This document shows positions 1 to 12,172 of a stretch of 64,000 nucleotides of DNA, piece after piece. This DNA comes from Marsupella aquatica (lineage: Eukaryota > Plantae > Marchantiophyta). The position numbers were made by a program, and so were the translations under genes. Under the pieces are notes generated by a model, which saw nothing but the letters and a program-made list of their open reading frames with translations, searched no databases and had not been told where the DNA came from. The stretch spans positions 18,478,757-18,542,756 of the forward strand of contig OZ316893.1 in NCBI GenBank assembly GCA_973895155.1. The letters run 5' to 3'. How positions within the stretch are numbered: position 1 is the stretch's first letter; every line of letters starts with the position of its first letter.

Positions 1-72
1 TGGACTGGCTAGGATTTGAACCTGGGACCTCCCGTGTACAACGCCAGTGCACTACCATCGAGCTGCGAGCCC
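1..72 (-). pseudogene. tRNA-like sequence (tRNA pseudogene or tRNA-derived SINE head)
   Basis: The reverse complement GGGCTCGCAGCTCGATGGTAGTGCACTGGCGTTGTACACGGGAGGTCCCAGGTTCAAATCCTAGCCAGTCCA has an A-box-like D arm, a T arm (CCAGG-TTCAAAT-CCTAG) and a 6/7-paired acceptor stem. The anticodon stem pairs poorly, so no isotype is called. Confidence 0.6.
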
Positions 73-358
73 TTAATGCCTACGTCCATCGTCAAAGCGT
101 TATTCATATCCAACAAAGTGCCCATCAAAAAAAGTTGCATATCGGTGTACGACATTCCTCCATACCATGATAACGTGGTTAATTTCTTTAAATCACTGAA
201 TGCACAGAAAACTCTGTGCATTCAGTGATTTAAAGTCAATACGAAGGTCTATCATGGTATGGAGAAATGTCGTACACCGTATATGTCACATTTTGACGTG
301 CATGTTTCCGCCCCGGAGTTGACGAGCTAACCATGGTAACCCCAAGACAAACCAAGTA

Positions 359-1107
359 CACTGTTTACTGTAGTTAGTGTTACTAACACTAATTGTGTAG
401 CTCCAAAAAATTGAATCCCTCTTGAAATAGTCTTGCTAACACTAAATCTGTATTAACAGATAGGACTTTCTCTGGCCAATGGGGCTTGCTGGTCTTGAGA
501 TCCCTGTGTTTGAGATTGACAGTCTGGTTTCTGGGCTTTCATCACATGTTGTTGCCGCACCCCAGGTTGGGTGGTTGATTGTATGTTATGGGATCACTCT
601 TTCTGTTCTTCCTTGCCACGGGGTTTTCGTGGTCACTATCTAAATAAATCATGAAAAAAACATTTCCAAGGAAATCTGTATTAACAGTGATTGTGAGTGA
701 TTCAATTAGTGTTACACTAATTATGGAAATCAACTCACATTATTTATGGAGTGGCTATTGATACCAAAAATGTTGCATGAAACCATGAATCTTGTTTGTA
801 ATAGTAGTCACACTATTTGGGTGTGAAGAATGTGAGTTGAAAATGGTATGGAATTGGTTGAATTTTTGGACAATAGCATGGACCATGGAGAGAGCCCAAC
901 TAAACCATGAGATTTACATTAATAGTTCATTCATAAAGCATTCTATTATGTGTTTTCATAGGAATTATTGATTTTTGTGCTATGTTAGTATGTTCCATAA
1001 TTAATGTTATTTGAGCTCCAATACTCCTCTATTCACATATTAGTGTTACTCACACTATTTACAGTGTCACTCTATTTCCATAGTAACACTAACTATGGTA
1101 AACAGTG
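359..1107. mobile_element. Non-autonomous TIR element (MITE; CACTG termini)
   Basis: ~27-bp imperfect TIR (CACTGTTTACTGTAGTTAGTGTTACTA / TAGTAACACTAACTATGGTAAACAGTG). Flanks read as a TA duplication, or AGT if the ends are shifted 1 nt. AT-rich non-coding interior with recurring TAGTGTTACACTA-like motifs. Confidence 0.7.
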
Positions 1108-1387
1108 TAGTAGTCGCCCGCAGCTCCCATTTTTGGACGACGACACCCTTGCAGACCGTGTTTTCTTAATGTCAATGAATGTAGCAAAATTTTGATGTGT
1201 GATTTCCAGCAGGGTTTTCGATCGAGCCGTAAACTTGTTGTAAACCGAGAACCAACAAGGGTTGTGAAGAGAGAAACATTTATGAGTTTTAATGCAATTA
1301 AAGGTTGACCCTACAGAGAAGTACACGGGAAAATCAGCAAGGATTGTGGTAGCTGAAAATTGCCTGATGTGACTCGTAACTACATAC

Positions 1388-1789
1388 ATGCCTAAAGAAA
1401 ACTCTATCCAGGGGCGTCTATCAGTTCGTGCTTGGCGTGACAATAACAGTTTGTATTTCCTGGGCAAAGCAAGGAGCGCTATTAGAACCCTATACAATTT
1501 CCCTGATCAGTTTAGCATTAGTCGTATGGAATGTAGAAAGCCATACTACAACATACATAAAGAAACGGGATGGAATCCCTGTAATACAATGTCAACAGGT
1601 GATTACACTGCGAATTACGTTGTTCCATATGATGCCCTTGACGAAATGGATTCCGATGTCACCGTAAACGTTCAATACCATATACGTGCAATACTGGTAC
1701 CAATGCACATAACATACGAAACATATATGTACCGGGAGATTGTATCATGGTATGGAATGCCCCCGAAGCCGCCACTCCACTACAAATAG
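1388..1789 (+). CDS. Hypothetical 133-aa ORF
   Basis: ATG-started ORF with protein-like composition; no recognised motif. Confidence 0.2.
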   Translation: MPKENSIQGRLSVRAWRDNNSLYFLGKARSAIRTLYNFPDQFSISRMECRKPYYNIHKETGWNPCNTMSTGDYTANYVVPYDALDEMDSDVTVNVQYHIRAILVPMHITYETYMYREIVSWYGMPPKPPLHYK

Positions 1790-2097
1790 CTTCCGTTTAG
1801 GGCGTCAAGAATTCGAATCCATGTCCTATGTGCAAGTCCTGCCCTATGCTGTCGAGAACTTGTCGTGGTTACCAGAGAGAAGCGGAGTGTTCGCTTCCAT
1901 CCCAAAGCTGACAGTGCTGCGCAAAAGTTTGAGCTTTTCTTCAAAGTGCTGCGTCCTACATTCAACTCTTCTACATTCACTTCTTCTTCGAATACTAGGC
2001 TCGACAGCACAGGGCTTTGCAGCTGCTTCGCCTATCCTGCTGTAGCTACCTTCTACGGGCGTTTACTTACTTCTCAGCTCCTGCTCCTACAACAGCA

Positions 2098-3174
2098 ATG
2101 GCAGACCGAGGAACACATCCAAGGGCACTAACCCTGGCCGGACGGTGGAAAAAGAAAAGAACTGAGCAGAAGGACTACTTCCGCCGTTTCTATTATGATG
2201 ACAGCCTTGGGGTTGGCGAATTGAATCACGTTCATGAACCTTCGCTACTAGTGCCTCCAACTTTGATTTCTGTCATACAGATCGCACTATTTGGTGGTGA
2301 TAAGGACACTTGGATTGACAAGCTGCTGGACCCAGCCAAAGATTTGAAGCGCCGGATCACTGAGTCTGGTAAAGAACAGTCGCATTTGTTCAGTGATTGG
2401 GTGAGCATGGCCCGATGGAAGATCGCATATGGCCGCCCAATGCCCCGTATGACAGATGATGAGTGGAGGAGGACGGAGAGGGGTTTGGACGTAGTAGATT
2501 TCATGGCTTCCAGAAAGTTTGTTCCTGGAGAAGAGCAGGATGTGTTTGTCAAGTTCAAGATGGAAATGGCTTCGAGCGCGCTGACGTACATTGCTGTGAT
2601 AGAAGCGTCTGACTTATGGGGAAACTGGGCATTCCAAAGAGAAGCTGTTGCTTTGGCTGACCTTCATTACAAGAACTGGAAACGCACTTTCAAGAAGTCA
2701 TTTATGAAAGAAGAGGCCAAATACATATACGAGAAACTGATATTTCCCAGCTTCAAAATTGGGAATTCCGCAGCCATCAGGCTGGTAAGTTATGATATGT
2801 TACTGTCCTCAGAGAATTTTGATTGTTGCTGCTCGTGCTATGACATGGTACTGTTCATGGCATGCCCAGTGGCGTAACAATTCCGTCTTTTAACGTAGGG
2901 AAAATTGGAGGAGCCAGTCAGCGATTCGTCCGACGCCACTTCAGATGCTGTGCCTTTCACCCCGCCGATAAAGGTTTCGCCTAAGCGGCCCCGTCAGCCC
3001 TGTGCATTTGGCTGTGCCCATTGTAGTACACAGGCCACTTCAACCCACAAACGTAGGGGCACCCCAGGAGACGAGAAAAGGAGGACTGCTTCGCAGATCT
3101 TAGGAAAGATGAGAGAGGACGAGCGTCTAGTGTTTGAGGACCTGTCATCCGTTCAGTCTTCCTCCTCCCCGTAG
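2098..3174 (+). CDS. Two-exon hypothetical protein (~320 aa; exons 2098-2784 and 2899-3174)
   Basis: ATG at 2098, GTAAGT donor at 2785, TAG acceptor ending 2898. Splicing joins in frame to ORF 2905-3174. AATAAA at ~3242. No recognised domain. Confidence 0.45.
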
Positions 3175-3398
3175 TTTCTTGCTGTTTGTGATGCAATGGC
3201 CAGTGCATGGCATGTTGTACTTCATTTCTGCGGTATGCATAAATAAAGAGTCCTACGAGGGTGCGATGTGAAATAAGTGATATGATGACAAGACTCAATT
3301 TTATCATGGTATGTATTGTCATACATTTGATCATAGTTAATCAGTCTCCTCATTAGCAACCGTCGTGTCGTTAGCAGCCTTCGGCGCACCGGGTGCCA

Positions 3399-3600
3399 TC
3401 TCTCCGCCTCACTGGGTACTCGGACATACTATGATTTACAGTCAATCCTAGTATCTGTGTATGCCGTCTCTCCGCCTCACTGGGTACTCGGACATACTAT
3501 GATTTACAGTCAATCCTAGTATCTGTGTATGCCGTCTCTCCGCCTCACTGGGTACTCGGACATACTATGATTTATGGAAACAGTCAATCCTAGTACCTGT
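3399..3600. repeat. 68-bp tandem repeat, ~3 copies
   Basis: TCTCCGCCTCACTGGGTACTCGGACATACTATGATTTA... recurs at 3401, 3469 and 3537. Confidence 0.9.
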
Positions 3601-4959
3601 GAATGAAACCTCGAAGCATCCACAAAGTTTGCCACCCGACATTATCATTGTCTAAAACAAAACTTTATTTGTTCGATAGCGGAACACCGCAGTACAATGA
3701 AGGGATATACAGGCACAAAGAGAAACACGACGCAGGGTAAAAGGCCCATGCTTGCTGCTCATGAAAATGCAAAAATATATGGCACGCAGTCATTGAGTTA
3801 TAAAAAACTGACGAAAATCACGGTATGTATTGATCATTCACGAGCACGGTGTGTATTCAGTATCATAAACCTGGTGCAAACTAAACAAAAATCCCCAGAA
3901 GTCTCCTCGTTAGCAACCTTTGGCACACTGGGTCCCTACAAAACTGACAAAAATCCCTACGCCTTCGAAGTCCACCCTTGCGCTAAACTTGAATAAGCGG
4001 CCGTGTAGCGGTCAGTCGTCTAGATCAGCCTCCTGCAATGCCTTTATAAGATCGCTGAGGACTTTTTTTGCACTAGAAGACTTTGATGGAGTAGTTGACG
4101 AAGACTTAGCTGGAGTAGTCAACTCAGTCTCCTTACCATTGGTGGAAGTCCTGGCGATGGGCCTCCTCGCACTGGAGGACCCAGCATGTAGGGAACGTGG
4201 CACTGTCAAACCCTCATCCATAATTGTCAGGTGCTCAATATGCAACTCCATATCTCTTATTGGTAATGGTAATGGTAATGTATTATAAGCTCCGGGACCA
4301 TGAAAGTCAAAGGAGCTGCCACAAAAAGTAAAGTACAATGCAATCAAAGAAAAAAGCAACCAAAAGAGATTGCTCAGAAGAGGACAACTATGTCCTCAAA
4401 GAAACTATGGACCTAGAGAGCCCTGAAAGATTTTCCAAACCTATTCTCCTTTCCCTATCCACCGCAAAGATATATCTTCCAAGTTGCTGAGGGGGCAGAC
4501 CAAACAATGCATACAAATCTTTCACCAAGATTTGAGATGCCATCCTAACCCCCTCATAAAACTTGCAAGCAATGAATACATGATATTCATTCTCTATACT
4601 AGAGCTATCACATAGTTGACAAACCCTCTTTTTCCTGTCAATATCCTTCCATCTCCCTTGTTCTACTTCAAGGTGGTGTGAGCTTAGTCTATACTGAGCA
4701 ATAAGTTGTCTAAGTTGTACTGAGATAGTGCTAGATAAGTATTCTTGTTCTCGATATTTCTTCATGGGGTTCACATCTCTCATGTAGTATTGCTGCCGTG
4801 GGCTAGGTTCATGCCAAAGTTTGTGCAAAGCCTTTTGCTCAAGTTTTGCTCTTAGCTTGGTTGGGTGTGTTGGCCATTCATGTTCAGGAAAATCCCAAGC
4901 ATGGGCCCACCTGCACACATCTGCATACCACCCTTTAGATGAAGATGAGCGCAAGGCAG

Positions 4960-5380
4960 TGTTGGGTATTTACTCTTACGTCTAGGTTAGGTATGATGTG
5001 GTTGGTACAACAACGTGGGTTGGTACAACTACGTGGTTAGGTACAACTACGTGATTAGGTACAACTATGTGGTTAGGTACAACTACGTGATTAGGTACAA
5101 CTATGTGGTTAGGTACAACTAAGTTGCACACTATATCATAAGAGGCATGTGTGCTTGGAGAGGTAGAACCAAGGCTCATTGTTATGGAGCCACTTGAGAG
5201 ATAGGGAGAGCTTACACTGTGGAGACTCGGTATAGCCGATGGGCTTAGAGTTCAGTAAAGCTCTCTTGTGTGTTCCCGTGGACGTAGCCTCAAGGAGGTG
5301 AACCACGTATCTCTTGTGTCGACTATTGTGCGGTGGATGGTTCATGGGCTTGCCGTTGCGATCATCGTCTATGCTCAACA
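4960..5380 (+). repeat. Copia 5' LTR (contains an 18-bp GGTTAGGTACAACTAYGT tandem array)
   Basis: Near-identical to 8198-8618 (about 3 substitutions seen). Confidence 0.95.
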
Positions 5381-5429
5381 ATTGGTATCAGAGCGGTGTG
5401 AAACCCTATAGGCTATGGGATCCTATTGC

Positions 5430-8007
5430 AAGATCAAGATTTGTGTGGATTTATTTCATGACGCATAAGTCTGATGTCTTGTCCATTTTTAAGAAGTGGA
5501 AGGCCCAGGTGGAGAATCAGACTGGAAACACGATCAAGTGTTTGGATACAAGGGTGAAGAGTCTGAGGTCAGACAACGGCGGGGAGTACACTTCAATGGA
5601 ATTTGAAGAGTACTGTTCAGAACAGGGGATAACTCGCCATCTCACCATAGTTTATACTCCGCAGCAGAATGGTGTCGCTGAGAGGCTCAATCGGACACTG
5701 TTGGAGCGGTCACGGAGTATGTTGAGCCAATCAGGTTTACCACAAGAATTTTGGGCAGAAGCTGTCAATACCGCAGCTTATTTGGTAAATCTTTCTCCTT
5801 CTGGTGCTATCAATTTCAAAACGCCGTTTGAGATGCGCTATAAGCGGCAAGCAGACTATCATGGCTTGGTAGTTTTTGGAAGTGATGCATATGCTCTCAC
5901 ACCGAAGCAGAATAGGACCAAGTTGGATCCTACCTCCAGGAAATGTGTTTTTCTTGGGTACCAGAGTGGTGTGAAACCCTATAGGCTATGGGATCCTATT
6001 GCCTGTAAGCTCGTTGTCAGTAGGGACGTTTCCTTCAATGAATCCAGATTATTGAAGGAGGGGGAGAATACTCAGGTCTCCCGTACTGACAAAGGAAAAT
6101 CTCCTATCCCGGATCTCGTTGAGGGGGAGATTGGTTATGAGGTGCATGACCGGAGAGAAGGAGTTGCTCCAATTATGGAGCTGGTTCCTGTGCCAGAGGA
6201 ACCAGAGGAGTTTGTTGATGCTGGTGAGCAGCAAGTGGATGCTGTTGAGCTTCAAATTGTACCAGCACACGTAGATCAACCGGAGTCATCGGCTAGAAGA
6301 ACATCTGGTCGCACTGTACGCGCTCCACCAAGGTATGGACAGTGGGTTGATTCATCTCAACTGCAAGAGGATGATTTTACAGCTGATGATGAGGGTGATG
6401 CGTTAATTTTGGAAGAAGGGGAACCTTCTTCATTTCATGAGGCAAGTGCTTCAAAGGAGAAGCAGAAGTGGACTGCAGCAATGCAAACGGAGATGCAGTC
6501 ACTAAAGGACAACAAAACTTGGGAGCTTGTTAAGCTGCCTAAGGGTCAGCAAGTGGTGGACAGCAAGTGGATTTACAAGCTGAAGGATAATTCCATAGGA
6601 GGTGGATCGAAGGTCTACAAGGCTAGATTGGTAGCAAAGGGATTCACACAAGAGAAAGGTGTGGATTACAATGAGGTCTTCTCACCAGTTGCTAAATACT
6701 CTACAATACGACTATTGTGTGTACTTGTTGTAATTTTTGGTCTGCTGCTAGATCAGATGGATGTTGTCACAGCTTTCCTCTATGGCACATTGGAAGAGGT
6801 GATCTTCATGAGACAACCGCTAGGTTTTGTGAAGAGAGGACAGGAGGAATTGGTTTGCAGATTGCTGAAATCCTTGTATGGGTTGAAGCAGTCACCAAGA
6901 CAGTGGAACAAGCGGTTTGACGATTGGATTCGGTCACAAGGTTTTCACAGAAGTGTATTTGACCCTTGTGTGTATTTGAAACCGGTAAAGAATATTGTCT
7001 TTGGGTTCATTGTTTTAGTACTTTATGTGGATGATATGCTAATTGTAGCGAAGGATAGGTCTAAGATTGTTAAGCTCAAGGCACTGCTTAGTGCAGAGTT
7101 TAAGATGTAGGACTTAGGGCCAGCTAAGAGGATTTTGGGTATGGAGATCACTAGGGACTTGGAGGCTGGCAAGCTATGGTTGACGCAGAGCAGTTATGCG
7201 AGGAAGGTAATTGCAAGGTTCAACATGGGGAATAGCAAGCCAGTAAGTACCCCATTGGCTCCACACTTCAAGTTATCATTAGCGTTCTGTCCTACGGATG
7301 ACACAGAGAAGGGGTTGATGTCAAAGGTTCTGTATGACAAGGCAGTGGGGAGTCTCATGTATTTGATGACTTGCACTAGACCTGATCTTGCCATGGCTAT
7401 GGGCAAGGTGAGCAGGTACATGTCGAATCCAGGGAAGGTACACTGGGAAGCAGTGAAGTGGATTATCAGGTACTTGAAGGGTACCGTGGATCATGGTCTT
7501 TTATTTGATGCGAATGCAAAGAATGCTAAATCATTGATTGGCTATGTTGATTCTGACTATGGACAAGATTTGGACCGAAGGAGATCAACAACAGGATACG
7601 TGTTCATACTTGGCGGTGGATGCATAAATTGGAGGTCTACTTTGCAGAAGTGTATTGCTCAGTCTACTACAAAAGCGGAGTATGTTGCAGCTGCGGAAGC
7701 AGCAAAGGAAGCGATTTGGTTGGATAGACTTATCACTGAAATGGGATTGCCATAGGGGAATGTGAAGCTCCATTGTGATAGTCAAAGTGCGCTCCACCTT
7801 GCTGTGAACCAGGTGATGGACAGCAGAGTGAAGCACATTGACGTTAGGTACCATTTTATCAGGCAGGCTGTGTCTGATAATTTGTTTGAGCTAGTCAAGA
7901 TTGATGGTAAACTCAACCCAGCTGACGCATTTACCAAAGTGATTCCTTTGGAGAGTTTCTCTAGACACCGTGACGTATTGCAGGTTTTGCAATTGCATCA
8001 CAAGTAG
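5430..8007 (+). pseudogene. Copia pol remnant (integrase core, RT, RNase H)
   Basis: Motifs RSDNGGEY, PQQNGVAER, YKARLVAKG, LYVDD, YVDSD and KHIDVRYH. In-frame TAG stops at 7108 and 7753. Confidence 0.93.
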
Positions 8008-8197
8008 AGTTTTCTTAACATTCATTGTAATTACTGATATATGCTCTTCCTCATTCCTATGTATTAGGCTACGGCTTAGTTCTGGTTTGCTCTAGTTAGA
8101 GAGGGAAACCGGTTTGGTTTTTGTCCAGAACTTCCCGCTGAGGGATCATATACATTGGCAGTATTACTCTCCCCTAGACCAGAGTCAAGGGGAAGAT

Positions 8198-8618
8198 TGT
8201 TGGGTATTTACTCTTACGTCTAGGTTAGGTATGACGTGGTTGGTACAACAACGTGGGTTGGTACAACTATGTGGTTAGATACAACTACGTGATTAGGTAC
8301 AACTATGTGGTTAGGTACAACTACGTGATTAGGTACAACTATGTGGTTAGGTACAACTAAGTTGCACACTATATCATAAGAGGCATGTGTGCTTGGAGAG
8401 GTAGAACCAAGGCTCATTGTTATGGAGCCACTTGAGAGATAGGGAGAGCTTACACTGTGGAGACTCGGTATAGCCGATGGGCTTAGAGTTCAGTAAAGCT
8501 CTCTTGTGTGTTCCCGTGGACGTAGCCTCAAGGAGGTGAACCACGTATCTCTTGTGTCGACTATTGTGCGGTGGATGGTTCATGGGCTTGCCGTTGCGAT
8601 CATCGTCTATGCTCAACA
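8198..8618 (+). repeat. Copia 3' LTR
   Basis: TGTTGGG...CAACA, matches the 5' LTR. Confidence 0.95.
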
Positions 8619-9678
8619 GGCAGGAAAAGGAAATCTGTTTTCCTCCAACTCTCTTACACGCATGATGTATTTGAGTGTGTGGAAGAGTGCCTCCACCTCC
8701 AAAGGAAACAAGCCTGCCTCTGCAAGTGTAAGTGTATATGGGGTTTGTGACTTGATCCCAAGCTCCATCTCAAGAAATAGCTTTTGCAGCCCCTCAATCT
8801 GTTGCCACCCAGATTTAGACACACCTACTCCCCAAATTGGTGCTCCATAAAGAATGACTGGTTTCACCAAAGCTCCAAAGAGATGTTTCCTTAACCTCCA
8901 AGTGTGTAGACCAGCTCTTTTGCATTTGTTCATGAATGCATAAAAAACTCTGTACCCATTGGCAGCCCTAGATTTTACACATGAGGCCCAACTCAAGTTT
9001 TGAGAGAACTCCACCCCAAGGTATTTGTAGGTCCTCACAAATTCCACCAGATTCCCTTGGAAGTAGAGCTCTGGATTTTGTCGTGTGCCAATGCCCAAAC
9101 ACTTGGTCTTCTTGAGGTTGACTACCATCCCTGTTGCTTGACAAAACTCCTCCAAGGCATTGAGATGTCTTTGCAAAGCTTCTTGAGCATGAGCAAGTAG
9201 GACCACATCATCTGCAAATATAAGAAGTTGGAGGACAAACCTACCCAATTGAGTGCCAACTCCACCATGCTCCTCCAAAATGTTGTGTAGCTGATCAATG
9301 AAGATGCCAAATAGAGTTGGTGAGAGAGGACAACCCCACATCACCCCAAGAGTGCTCCAGATTTCTTCTGTGACATCAAGCTAAGAGGAACATCCGCATT
9401 AGGTTCCTCTGTGACATCAAGCTAAGTCTTCCAGCATTGTCCTTGGAGAGGACTTGCACTCATATGACCGTGTGGTGAATTTACTTGACCCGAATTGCAG
9501 CTGCTCTTAGCCATTCTCCAATCCAACATTTCTTCTCTGTAGATAGATGTTGCAACTCGATATGTCCTGGAAATTATCTCCATTGCTCCCATGTCTGTCC
9601 TATACAGCAAGTTAAAATTGCAAAATGCAACACATGTAGCGAGAGCTCAATCGCGTGATCAAGCTGCCGGTGTATTGC

Positions 9679-10006
9679 CTCGGGGGGGGTCACTATATGG
9701 AGGGCCATATATCGCGTGCGACGTTTTAGGGTTTGACCCCCCTAACTTATAAGTGAAAAATGTTTTTTTGCAAAGTCCTTTCTTTCTTTAAAATTTGTCA
9801 TTTTTTATTAAAAAACCCCTAAAAACTTTAAAGAAAGTATTTTTTGTAATTAAATAGGCCTATGTGTTCTTTAAAGTTAACCAGTCAATAAACATGCCCT
9901 ATGTGTTCTTCCACCAAACTCTGGAAGTCTTCCGCCACACCCATTTAAATGGGCCTATACTTCGTCGCACGTGATGTGCCACTTCCGTGGAAGTGACCCC
10001 CCCGAG
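9679..10006. mobile_element. MITE with ~45-bp imperfect TIRs and 8-bp TSD
   Basis: CTCGGGGGGGGTCAC...GTGACCCCCCCGAG termini; TGTATTGC duplicated at 9671-9678 and 10007-10014. Confidence 0.85.
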
Positions 10007-11172
10007 TGTATTGCAAAGATAGACAGACCATATATTTCAGTCTGATGTAGGAACCTCTTCCTTTTCCATACATGTTGTTCCCACAATTTCCGATTGATCC
10101 CAAGTTAAGTTCATTTGAGCCTAAGCTACCGGCGGCTCTAGCTCACGGTATATGGTTGTGAATTTTTTTGGTTTGTATCGAATGTTGATTTGCTAAACCT
10201 AATCGATCAAGCTTTAGCTTTCTGGCTTCACCTGCACTGTCTTTCTTCCATTTCTACTCTTGGATTAGATACATGCTAGGCATGGAGTACAAGAAGGAAA
10301 TCGAGAAGTCATGTATAAGCATCTTGCGCTTGGTGTCTGTGTGCCTGCTAACACTAAACACGTCCAGCTAGACATTCAAGGTCAGGATAATGATTGTGAT
10401 AATGATAATGATAATGATTCATCTCCCCATCAAGGTAAAGACCTGCTCAATTCTTGAATGACATCTCCTGCTGCCTGCAATTATGTGCATTTGCCTTGTT
10501 TCTACGAACATGTCAAACTTTAAAGGACACCTCTGTTTAGGACCATCTTTTTATGCCCATCACAATCTACATCTGTAGATGGAAGTATGCCTGCACCTAG
10601 TCATAGAGCTCAAGACAGTTACCTGTCTGCTATGTACTTCTGAACATTCATTGTAGAACGATCATTGGGAAACATAGTACTCAGGAAATAAGTACAAATG
10701 CAGTGCACCTCATGAAATCTTCTGGATTTTATACTGGTACCAGATCTGATAGTGGATTGTGATGCTGACAAAGGAAGCCTAGATCACTCATAAGATGACA
10801 AGGAAAGCACTTTGGGTGGATGATGGTCAACTCCAGCATGGTTTAAGGCAAGGGAGAAGTTGATTACTCACTGTAGACTTCAAAACTCATGTTTGTAAGT
10901 TTTTGCCGACGGATATTTAGAAAACGTAGTGACAAGCTCCTAATTGCATCAAGGAGTTTAACGACATATACCCTGTCCTCAGTGAAACTACCGGAGACAA
11001 AATACAGATCATTCACAATTCCGATCCTCAAGAGGAAGCAAAGACCTCCAGAGTTACAGACGAACAAAAACTAGCACACCAATCCAATAATCGTCCATAT
11101 CACAAAAATCATCTCCGATCCTCCGATTCTAGAATTCACACCACTGAAGTCAGTGTAGAAGGGAGTAGGCAC

Positions 11173-11420
11173 ATGCATGATGATGATGCCACAAACGAAT
11201 TGCTGAAAGATCATCTACAACGAGGCATTGCTATAGAAGTACACATATGTAAAGTTCAGCAAGTGGGCTTGCAACAAAAAGACCTTTCCGCAGCCAAGCA
11301 AGTTCATGATTTCATCATCGAGAGTGGAATTGATAAGAATCCATATGTGACAATCATGCTCATGAATGTATATATCAAATGCAGACAAGTGTTGGATGCA
11401 CTAAGGATTTTTTATTCATC
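11173..11420 (+). pseudogene. N-terminal fragment of a PLS-class PPR gene
   Basis: KDLSAAKQVHDFIIESGIDKNPYVTIMLMNVYIKCRQVLDALRIF matches the PLS PPR L-to-S motif pattern. The sequence diverges after about 1.5 motifs. Confidence 0.7.
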
Positions 11421-12172
11421 CGTTCAGCAACATCAACGCACAGCGCGAGCTGCAATATGGGGTGGACGGGTACCAAAGGAGGCAGTAGGCAGAAGATAGG
11501 GCAGTAACCACAGAATTGGCCGTAAATTTTCCAAGATTTTTCACCCTCGGTCAAAACAGCCAAGAAGTTTGATCTTGGATTATGAAGCAAAAGAAGTTTG
11601 ATCTTGGATTATGAAGCAAATTGGGCGCAAAAATCTAGTGGGAAGGCTTCCTAACTAGTTAACTTTTGCTAACTTAAATTGCATTATATATCGGTGGTTA
11701 ACTTCAGGTTAGTCCACCCGTAACTTTTGGTGGGACTGCACCCTTAGTAGACTCGAAAATAACTTCAGTCTTCACCTCAAGGTATTCTTTGCACGGATAA
11801 GGGTCCAGACCAATGTATTTACATTTAAATGACAACCCTCCCGAATCTCCCTAAAGATACGAAAAGAATTTGGCAAATTAGTATTCCATGTCACTTAGAC
11901 TTTCGAATATAAGACAGCTACCAACCGAACATACCTATGCTGTAGTACTTTGATTACTCGTTGGTTAGCTATAAGATTGTCGACGACGTAATTTCTGCTC
12001 AGAAACTTTCAGTGTTTCAGGTGATATCGAACGCAAACTAAGGTAAGAATGAACAGGACAATGGCGCCCTGAAGGTGCTCTAATTTGTAACTCGACACCT
12101 TCTTGAGTCTTTGTACTCAAGATCGACAGTTGAAATCTATCAAGGTAAGCATGTGTTCCCACACTTGACGAA

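Larger units (their letters stand above)
4960..8618 (+). mobile_element. Ty1/Copia LTR retrotransposon, internally deleted (no gag/protease)
   Basis: 421-bp TG..CA LTRs, 5-bp TSD GGCAG (4955-4959, 8619-8623), tRNA-iMet PBS TGGTATCAGAGC at 5383, PPT AAGGGGAAGAT before the 3' LTR, domain order INT-RT-RNaseH. Confidence 0.95.
4261..9368 (-). mobile_element. RTEX-type LINE family A, 5'-truncated, split by a Copia insertion
   Basis: (TTACCA)n tail at 4261, 3' UTR, ORF2 C-terminus (RLSSHHLEVEQGRW..C-x2-C..ENEYH..C) and RT core (FADD, 8613-9344). The two halves are continuous across the Copia TSD. Confidence 0.9.

Noticed and set aside
1795-1862. Second tRNA-like sequence (GGATTCGAATTC on the minus strand)
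   Set aside because: Only a T-loop-like word; no acceptor or D stem could be built.
4261-4280. (TGGTAA)n as interstitial telomere repeat
   Set aside because: Always 3-4 units attached to the same LINE 3' UTR; it is a retroposon tail, not TTTAGGG.
4982-5179. ORF with VVPNH repeats (also 8220-8417)
   Set aside because: Antisense translation of the 18-bp tandem array in the Copia LTR.
11562-11621. 30-bp direct repeat (similar small duplications at ~14819-14906 and ~16449-16501)
   Set aside because: Isolated local duplications with no associated structure.
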